IMG/VR virus record: IMGVR_UViG_3300040801_004034
Coordinates: 157,293 to 221,292 of that record
Length of the DNA: 64,000 nucleotides
Reading direction: 5' to 3' (one strand)
Shown here: positions 55,905 to 64,000 of the stretch, piece by piece
Position numbering within the stretch: the stretch's first letter is position 1
Layout of the letters: each line of letters starts with the position of its first letter
Position numbers and translations under genes: made by a program
Notes under the pieces: generated by a model
Seen by the model: only the letters and a program-made list of their open reading frames with translations
Database searches by the model: none
What the model was told of the DNA's origin: nothing

Positions 55905-57302
55905 AAATTAATATTGTCCTGTTGCTTTGAGCTCTTTCGTTGTCATCATTGAATATGGACGTTCATTCATTAATCCATCTGCATCCAATGCATTGAAACG
56001 AGCTTCATGTTCTTCTTGTAAGCATGATTTACCGAGTGGTTTGAGAATAAACTCACCATCAATTTCAATAACATCATAAATACCTGACATCGTTTTGTTA
56101 GACATTGGTATGAATATACCTGCGACTTCTTTACGTGCTATAATACGGCCTAAATGTTTCATATGTTTTTATTATACGGTAGTTCCTCGTTACATCACAT
56201 TAAGGTAACTCATAATCCAATCCTTGGACAATCTAGTCAGTGAAGGGCTTGTATCATAGATATGCTGAAGCTCATCTTTATTGAAAATTGTATCAAGAGC
56301 AACTGGTTTAACAGTACCGGTATCACCAAATACAAGCTTGTTAAACTCCGACTCTGTCAGATCAGTTATGTTTGTTGTATCCATTGTTTGATATTTCTTC
56401 GACTATATTTTGTACTTCATTACGAACCATTTGACCTACACATTCTTTGCTGTAATTTTTTGGGTTTCCAAAATCATCAGTAATGTCTAACAGCCAAACA
56501 CGAGCAGTAGCTTTTTCAATAATGTCTAACATTTGCTCGTCTATTTTCATTATATTGTGCTTGAGTCATTATCAATATCATCACCCCATGTATGAATATC
56601 GTTTGACAATGTCATAATTTTATGATAGACCGGATATAAAAACCGTGCAGTGCAATCAAACCGTAAAAATGTTCTTGCAATCAGATCACCGGTATAAAAG
56701 AGGATGTTTGAAATGAGATATTTCATTCACCCCGCTTTTCGATATTCTTCAGTGGTCATATACTTGCGACCGTTCCATAACGTTTGTGCCCTAAGTTTAC
56801 GTTGTTGATGAGCAAGATTAAATGCATCATCACTCAACATAACACATGTTGTGGCTCTAAGTGCAGCATCTCTGCTACAAATTCGTTCATACCGAATAAA
56901 CCCATCATCATTCCATTGCTTTGCAATTTCACGATCACCATCGTTCATATGTGCACTATCTACTTTACCGCTATAGTCTACTGCTCGTGTTTCAAGGTAC
57001 AGCAAAAGGCTGCGTTCATCTCGTGACATTTCTTCTAGTTTTTTCATAGTGTTTCCCATTGACTGTTAATACATTTGATAAACGTGATAGCATCTACACC
57101 TTCAGGTGGGTAAGCAACTTTATGATCAATCACACCTTCAATTGAAAACGGGTTCGTTTCAAGCAGCATAACACATGGATACTTCTTAGGGTAGCTGTGC
57201 GGTTTATGTTTGTAATCATATGTTTTTTCAAATTCTTCCTTGTTATGTATGACTTTCATAAGGATATTATAGTATTGTTCCTTTCAGGACATAAATATAA
57301 AT

Positions 57303-57659
57303 ATGACACAACGTTTTGATAAATTAGTAGAAAGTTTCTCTCTTAATGACGACAATAGCCGAGAATGAGATGAAACTGAAACACCTGATGAATATTATCA
57401 GTATGAAAATGACGATCTTGAAATTGGTGGTAAGTCACTTTGGGTGAAAGCATCTGTTAATTATGAGCTATCAAGCAACGATGATACAGGAGAAGGTTTC
57501 ATTGATGTTCATAGCGTTGAGTTGAGCTATGTTGGTGTGTTAAATGATGTACAAGATGATTTTGTACCAATCGATTTACAAACATTATCACCTGAGGATC
57601 GTGAGACTATTGAAGCTGCAATTCAGCAAGATTTTCTCGATAGAGAACATTACCGATAA
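57303..57659 (+). pseudogene. acidic late protein with in-frame TGA at 57366-57368
   Basis: TAAATA at 57292-57297; MTQRFDKLVESF...NSRE*DETETPDEY... in frame with ORF 57444..57659. Confidence 0.6.
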
Positions 57660-58108
57660 ACAATTACATTATCAGGTAGATTCTCGATGATCGGAAGCAC
57701 ATCATCATATTGTAACCTACCAGCACCAATGCCTGGAAAATTTAAATGGAATGTATAGTCGCTTAAAAGTGCTAAAAATGACAGCATTTTCATACTCTTA
57801 CGAATAATATCCAAATCTGCATCATCGCTATAATAGCGTTTCACTTGGAAGGCTCCTACAATCTGATCGGGAGAAATATTTGCAAATATGATACCATAAT
57901 CACCTTGTCTGAACTTTATCATACATTGTTTGATATACTCACCAATCTGTGCATCGACACCAGGGAATGCATCTCTCACCTGCTTAGCCGCTCCGCGACC
58001 CATGACCAACACATCACCTGATTTAAGCGTGTTGTTGCCTGTAAACATATAAACATCGGGTTTCGACCATGCTTTGGAATAGTCAAGTAATTGTTCTTTT
58101 AATATCAT
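57650..58108 (-). CDS. macrodomain (ADP-ribose-processing) protein
   Basis: FTGN..LVMGRGAAKQ...FQVK...FPGIGAGRL. Confidence 0.75.
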   Translation of the reverse strand: MILKEQLLDYSKAWSKPDVYMFTGNNTLKSGDVLVMGRGAAKQVRDAFPGVDAQIGEYIKQCMIKFRQGDYGIIFANISPDQIVGAFQVKRYYSDDADLDIIRKSMKMLSFLALLSDYTFHLNFPGIGAGRLQYDDVLPIIENLPDNVIVYR

Positions 58109-59375
58109 GCTCCTAAATAGTATCTTGTTTGTTCAGCTGAACATTCATCCCATACACCAATGTATGGATACATTCTCACACCATGGATAACTTCACTCTT
58201 TTTAAACATGCATTTAAAGTCCTCATCTGAAATATCCTCTGGTAATTGATCTTCATATTCATACTGCAGCGCACAAACATCGTAATCGTACTCACATGAT
58301 TCCATCATCTAGCATTTCTAAGTTTATCAAACAAATGACATTGCTACGATCACTCGCTACATAAAAAAGATGATCAGCTGCTTGAGTAATACTCAAATTA
58401 TCACATCTACAATAGTATCCACTTTGCGCGTATTTTTCACTGAAATATTGATTTATAATGTTTTTCAGTATTGGATCGATTTGCTTTGTCATTTCTGTTC
58501 AAACAGTTTCGTCATATTTTCTAATAGGCGGTCGAGTGTTTGTTTACACTGTTCTGTATCACCGCTCTTCAAATCATCAATACCTTTTTGTAAAGTTATG
58601 ATCATTTGAGCGTTAACAAATTCTTGGATGTTATCAGACATAGTAACAGTATTTAATCCACTCACCATAATAGTTTTGAACTGCTGTATTAAACTGACTT
58701 GAGATATTCGCTGATGTAACAGCATTCAATCTCAAAATCTTTACGTGATTTGCATACGATGCTTTGTTCGTATACAATCTCATCATTATTTTTAACAATG
58801 ATTTTTGGGTGTTCATCCGCACACTGATACGAATATTCATTCCCGTTCATCACAATGTCAAATTTTGTATTTTCCATATGTTATGTTATTTTTGTTATTA
58901 TTTACTACGGTTTGAATTGATATCTTTATCAATTTTTTGCGTAACTTTAACTCCGACATGCTCATTAAACACAAGCGGTCCATAAGACCTCCCCATTGTT
59001 TTACCAGCATTCATCACTTTTGTTCTTCCTTTTAGGGTTCGTTTTGCCATAAGTTAATTTCTTCTATTTTAGTATACGTTTTTATTTAATCAACTGGTTC
59101 ATCTGAGTACCATTCCAATTTTTTGAATTCTGATATACGCATTGAATGCTCTTTGACTATTTTACGGTTAGCGTCTAGTTCAGTGAGCAGACACCAATTT
59201 TCTTTGATATCTCGCACTATATAAAAGAAGCATTTCTCGCTTGGATCGTGTTCGAACGGGTTGTAATGATAGTTTTTTACTAACCGTGTTTGACCAACTT
59301 TAACAAGGTTTCTTTCCTCTTCTTCTTGAAGATTATATGTACACCAATTAGTAAACTTATCCCAAATCTTACCCA

Positions 59376-59819
59376 TTACATTGCCTTACGTTTCTTCTTA
59401 AGAATTTTATCAGTTACATTTCCATTACGGGTAACACCTGCTTTGTTGAAAAATGACTGATTACCACTGTGTTCAAAAACACTAAGTCGTTTCTTCTTTG
59501 ACACAATGAATGCTTTTTTAAGCATTGCTGTTGCAACACCTTTTCGACGATAACGTACTAGTGTATAGCATTGATATTCTGTATTGAAATCTGTATAAAC
59601 AATCGCCCATCCGACTAGATTTGTACCATTATGCGCAACAATCACAAACCCGTTTCTTTCAATGATCTTATCTTCAAGAGTATCGGCCATCAACCCATCA
59701 CCTCTCACTGTATTGTCAGCAACACGACCGCTGTTGAAATTATTACGCTTACAAAACATCTTAATATCGTCAGGAAGGTTTTGTGTCTTCAAATTGTATG
59801 TTTTTGTATATGTTCTCAT
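59376..59819 (-). CDS. GNAT acetyltransferase-like protein
   Basis: YRRKGVATAML acetyl-CoA motif. Confidence 0.65.
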   Translation of the reverse strand: MRTYTKTYNLKTQNLPDDIKMFCKRNNFNSGRVADNTVRGDGLMADTLEDKIIERNGFVIVAHNGTNLVGWAIVYTDFNTEYQCYTLVRYRRKGVATAMLKKAFIVSKKKRLSVFEHSGNQSFFNKAGVTRNGNVTDKILKKKRKAM

Positions 59820-61754
59820 TCGTAGTAATCTGGAATTAGTTCGATGTTTGAATTAAAGCACAATGGTGAACCCATTGAAATATATTCACCGAATATGCTC
59901 ATAAGATACCATAATTGAAACTTCGACCATCCATCTTCATCCACTTTTGGTGTACTGATTTCACTAACTCGTAGATATTTTGAATGATGCTGTATGTATT
60001 TTCCAATACCATACTCTGTGAGTTTCACTCGCACATCATGATTGATGTTGAATTCATTTTTTTCCGGCTTGTTCATGACAGCTACTCTATGCGCTTGTCG
60101 TGTAACCTTTTCGAAATCATTAATTTCAACTCGAACAGATTTATCTGTCATTGATATGATTTTACCTTCTTGTGGAAATACACTACCGTACTGTGTAGGA
60201 GATGTCATACATACAACAGTATCTCCTACATACATTTTTATTCCTTTATGATCTTTAAGATATTTTACACTCATTTGTTTGTTCTTGTTCGTATGATTCT
60301 GGCCACTTATTATAATGTTGTTCCATTTCTTCTGCTGCTGAATAGGCAGTAACGATAGCACATTCGATTCCACCAGCAACAGGTTCGAGAAAATCTTTAT
60401 GTAGATAGTTAGTCTTCGCCATCATCCGAAACTCATGACGGATATCAGACAACTGATCGCGTAGTTCATGAATACGTTCATGTTGTTTTTTGAATTTTTC
60501 TTCACTCATATTCTTTATGCACTGTTGTTTTCGTTTTATACATTTTAGTACCCATAACAGATTCTAGATAGTCGTTTACACACATCTGAGCCGTTGAGAC
60601 GTTCAAATCTCATCCCAAATTGTTCTTCTTCATTTAACATACCTCCATACTTTCGTACTTTGGTTAACCGTCGTGATAACTCATCACGCATGCTTTCAGC
60701 CTGTTCAAGTTTTTGTTTAAGTTCTTCTACTTCGCTCATATACTATTTTGGTTTGTTTGTTGTGAAGTAATATGGATCGTTTAATATCTCAAAATCATAT
60801 TTGGTTACAAGACTACCTTCTACAAATGGTTTCATAGAGTATGTACCGTCTTCATTCTTGAAAAACTCGACACCGTCTTTGACTCTATAGATAACATCTG
60901 AACCTGGGTGTAAAGTGTGCGGAAACAAAACATAATAACCATGATTCAAAAACACTCCTTGGAACCGTTTTATATCACTCTTTGTGGCAGCTTTTTCACC
61001 CATAACATGCTCAAACATCACATCATCACAAGTAAAGTGGTCAACATTGAGATCACTTTTTCTAAGTTTTAACTCATTCATATACACTACCTTTCTGTCC
61101 TGGTTCGTTACTATTTGTACAATCTAAATTATGATCACTTGCATGAGGACAACGCTTGTTACCACATTTCGGGCATAAGATCATCTGTGCTCGATTTAGC
61201 GGAATAACCCAACCATGTAAATCATATACAAGCTTATGCTCTTCGATACACTTATGACAAATACACTGTTTATTTTCTTGGACCATATGGAGTTGAATCG
61301 AGTCTCATATCCCAAAGCTCATCAGAACGCTTATAACCAAGCTTCATTGCTTCTTCAACAGAATCAATTTCGTCGAAGATTTCAGATGCTGATGTTGCTA
61401 AGCAATACTTGTTTGGATCACGACCAACACTTGCATCCATAACAGTCTCTTGCTTACGGATCGTCATGTAGAACGTTTTGTAGTCCTTACATTCCCAAAC
61501 ATTAAACTCACCTAACTTGATAAACTTCTTACGAGTTGGATCTGATGATAATTTGCTCATTAGTTGTAACGTACGTTTTGTTTTGTTGATTGAAAAAGTA
61601 ATTCAAACGTTGCTGGTTTCTTCCAATTTTGATATGGTATTGATGGAAACTTGCGTCTTTTTTCACAATACTCGATAAGGTCCTCCTTTTTAATAAAGGT
61701 TTTCCTCTTATCATCGCCGTTTGAATTCATACAGCAATGATAAGAGGGTTCCGA

Positions 61755-62756
61755 TTACGCTACCTTAGTTAGCTCGATCGCACGAGCTCCTCGCTCGATC
61801 GTTTCAGCAAACTTATCTTCTTGCGTTACAACATCCCAGAACTGAATCTTACCAGTACGGCCAATTCCGAACTCACTCGATACGAATTGGATAGCCTTAT
61901 CAGCTCCGAAACCTCGTGTAGATGAATGTGTGTAGTAATCAGTTACTGCACTGAACGCATCTGCGACTGTTTCACCGCGGTTACCAGCACCGTTCTGGAA
62001 GAGATCCATCAAATGACCGATCCGATTGGTGCTGCGTGTACTTACACCCTTTTCAAGATCCTTCATGCTCTTATGACGAAGGACAAACCCTGTGAACAAC
62101 CGTTGAGTATCACCCTCATTGATCTTCTGACTATGAAGAATGTCGAACTGCTTGCGGAAATGCTCCTGCGTTCCAAGATATGCATCAAGAGCTTTGCTCA
62201 TATCAACAATCTTTTCATCCATATTACCACGGTGAACTGCTTTTGCAACTGCGCCGGTACGGAAGTTGTATGTAAATGTGTTATCACATACAGTGCAGAC
62301 ATTTGTGTTGTTGACCCAGATCGTTGAACTTTGATCGTGTGAATTACCGAAGTTCAGAAAGTCATTAAATGTACGACCACCTGCTTGGAACGTATCATGA
62401 CCTTTGATCTTAACCGTGACGAACACTCGACCACGATTACAAACACTACCAACACTCACAACTTCAGCGCCTTTAATAGCATCTATTGCTGAACGAACCA
62501 GATCAAGAAATGTCGCATTGGTAACTGGTTTGTATGTTTTAGTCATCGGACGACCGATTGGCATACAATCATCAGTTGCGACGATCATATCAAATTCGGT
62601 AGGCTCTCCACCTGGAAGGTAAAGACCACGACGATCAATATCCCACTCTGTGAGCCAATTATTATTGACATCAATTGTATCTTCAACTTCTGTCAAGCCG
62701 TGCCATGCTTGTTTGACACCTTGTTGTTTATCTCTTGCTGTTATATTATGACTCAT
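61755..62756 (-). CDS. DUF932-family protein (start revised)
   Basis: AWHGL, YKPVTN, GSVCNRGRVFV, NSHDQS, VCDNTF, AFSAVTDYYTH. Confidence 0.8.
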   Translation of the reverse strand: MSHNITARDKQQGVKQAWHGLTEVEDTIDVNNNWLTEWDIDRRGLYLPGGEPTEFDMIVATDDCMPIGRPMTKTYKPVTNATFLDLVRSAIDAIKGAEVVSVGSVCNRGRVFVTVKIKGHDTFQAGGRTFNDFLNFGNSHDQSSTIWVNNTNVCTVCDNTFTYNFRTGAVAKAVHRGNMDEKIVDMSKALDAYLGTQEHFRKQFDILHSQKINEGDTQRLFTGFVLRHKSMKDLEKGVSTRSTNRIGHLMDLFQNGAGNRGETVADAFSAVTDYYTHSSTRGFGADKAIQFVSSEFGIGRTGKIQFWDVVTQEDKFAETIERGARAIELTKVA

Positions 62757-62889
62757 TGTATTATTTGTTTGTGTTAATTTTATTGTGCTTATCACTTCTA
62801 TTCCCCTATTATAAGAGTGTTCCTATAACCGAAACATTTAATCGATGTTCTTTTCGTAGATATATTACATTCAATTAAATAATAGTATA

Positions 62890-63828
62890 ATGTTGACCAG
62901 AATTGAAGATTTAATTAGACAAGGCATATTTGATATACCTCTTGACACTAATGACCCGACGTCCGGAATTGGTGTTTATGCAGGCAACGGTGCTTTTGGA
63001 TATGCTCCTAATGGAACGAGATGGGTGAAAGTTGGTAGCAGTAATAATGATTGGAAGCAATTTTTATTCGTATCTGATGTTACATCCGGTAACACCACAT
63101 TCAATACAATATCAGCAACAACGATACACACCACAACGATTCATGCTGTTTCCTCATTTGTTGATGTTATTGATATTAAACAGTATGAACTATCAGGTTT
63201 TGATGTAGAAGGTAATGTTACTATCGATGGTAATATAAATGTTACAGGTACTGTTGATGGTAGAGACATTGCTAGTGATGGGTCTAAGATCGATACTCTA
63301 ATATTAGACGTTTCGTATCTTTCAGCTAATATTGATTCTAATTTCAATCTTCAAACTGCAACTGATAACTATCTATCTGGTGCAATTGATAATACAGATG
63401 CTGATATAACATTCTTAAGTGGTGCAATTGATTATAATTTCAATCTTCAAACAGCAACCGACAATTATCTTTCAGCTAATATTGATTCAAATTTCAATCT
63501 TCAAACTGCAACTGATAACTATCTATCTGGTGCAATTGATTCTAATAACACATCTATTACCAATCTCAACTCAACTGTAAGTTCAAATAGTGCTGATTGG
63601 AGCGATAAAAGAATTATCAACACTGTTAATTCTGCAGTTGCAACACCATTATCCGGATTATCAGAGAATGAAGCAGCTGTAAGAAACATCGATAACATTA
63701 TTATTATGGATATAAACATCGGTAACACAGTACGATCTATTATTGTTGGAACTACGACATCAACAGAAGACATAGTAACATTTAACAATGAGCAAGTCTT
63801 CTTTAATGGTGAATTTGTAATTATATAG
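62890..63828 (+). CDS. virion structural protein, tail-fibre-like, with internal repeats
   Basis: TAAATA at 62876-62881; GTVDGRDIASDG; (YLSxxID...QTATDN) repeats. Confidence 0.6.
   Translation: MLTRIEDLIRQGIFDIPLDTNDPTSGIGVYAGNGAFGYAPNGTRWVKVGSSNNDWKQFLFVSDVTSGNTTFNTISATTIHTTTIHAVSSFVDVIDIKQYELSGFDVEGNVTIDGNINVTGTVDGRDIASDGSKIDTLILDVSYLSANIDSNFNLQTATDNYLSGAIDNTDADITFLSGAIDYNFNLQTATDNYLSANIDSNFNLQTATDNYLSGAIDSNNTSITNLNSTVSSNSADWSDKRIINTVNSAVATPLSGLSENEAAVRNIDNIIIMDINIGNTVRSIIVGTTTSTEDIVTFNNEQVFFNGEFVII
63316..63546 (+). repeat. intragenic tandem repeats encoding YLS(A/G)xIDxNFNLQTATDN
   Basis: three near-identical AATTTCAATCTTCAAAC(T/A)GCAAC units. Confidence 0.85.
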
Positions 63829-63869
63829 ATTAAAAATGGAAAATCAAAAATAGTGATTAAATAATTAAA

Positions 63870-64000
63870 ATGGCAAAGCTAGCAGATTTAATTAGAGACG
63901 GTATATTAGATATCGAACTTAATACAACCAATCCATCAACTAGTGGAGCTGGTGTGAGTGCTGGTGATGGTGCTTTTGGTAAAGCAACTGATAATACAAG
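63870..64000 (+). CDS. partial paralogue of 62890..63828
   Basis: MAKLADLIRDGILDIEL..GVSAGDGAFG resembles MLTRIEDLIRQGIFDIPL..GVYAGNGAFG; TAAATA at 63858. Confidence 0.65.
   Translation, partial: MAKLADLIRDGILDIELNTTNPSTSGAGVSAGDGAFGKATDNT

Larger units (their letters stand above)
48029..62823 (-). promoter_or_regulatory. dispersed GGAAC-N5-TATAAT-like promoters (right part)
   Basis: copies starting at 48029, 48599, 50822, 51036, 54579, 56171, 57266, 61737, 62808. Confidence 0.85.

Noticed and set aside
9608-57659. Genome-wide stop-codon reassignment (code 4, 15 or 25)
   Set aside because: ThyA ends in TGA at its canonical C-terminus, DNA ligase ends in TAG, long genes are intact in code 11, and all three stop types occur among the interruptions
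1058-62622. Many 60-130 aa plus-strand ORFs in the ORF track
   Set aside because: They are antisense shadows of well-supported minus-strand genes and lack either promoter motif
7381-62823. GGAAC as an ECF-sigma -35 element or a GAAC phosphorothioation site
   Set aside because: It is only 5 bp from a sigma70-type TATAAT, not 16-17 bp from an ECF -10; its fixed position and strand fit a promoter element, and no dnd genes are visible
1-64000. tRNA, rRNA, reverse transcriptase/DGR or intron
   Set aside because: No cloverleaf with a T-loop and acceptor stem, no RT motifs and no split conserved gene were seen by eye; tRNAscan-SE and Infernal would be needed to exclude them

Overview
A 64-kb segment of a large AT-rich T4-like (myovirus-type) phage genome. 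The left end has late virion genes (portal gp20-like, tail terminator gp15-like), and the right end has tail-fibre-like genes. Between them are mostly minus-strand early and accessory genes. These include thymidylate synthase, DNA ligase, DenV and a dense tRNA/RNA end-repair and modification cluster (RlmN-like radical SAM, CCA-type NTase, Thg1-like, P-loop kinase, two RNA ligases, phosphoesterases). The main hidden structure is regulatory. About 50 hand-counted copies of GGAAC-N5-TATAAT sit typically 5-7 nt upstream of an ATG, implying leaderless early mRNAs. 28 of them form a one-promoter-per-gene cassette array at 35.8-45.8 kb, bracketed by two GC-rich non-coding elements. Late genes use a TAAATA box that is also leaderless. 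Two structured ncRNA candidates stand out. One is a 161-nt RNA with its own promoter (43997-44157). The other is a ~210-nt RNA with 7-nt periodic A-rich repeats directly behind a DIP1984-like helical protein gene (6716-6925). Several small genes carry single in-frame stops explainable by C>T/G>A changes. All family assignments are from motifs recognised by eye; no searches were run.
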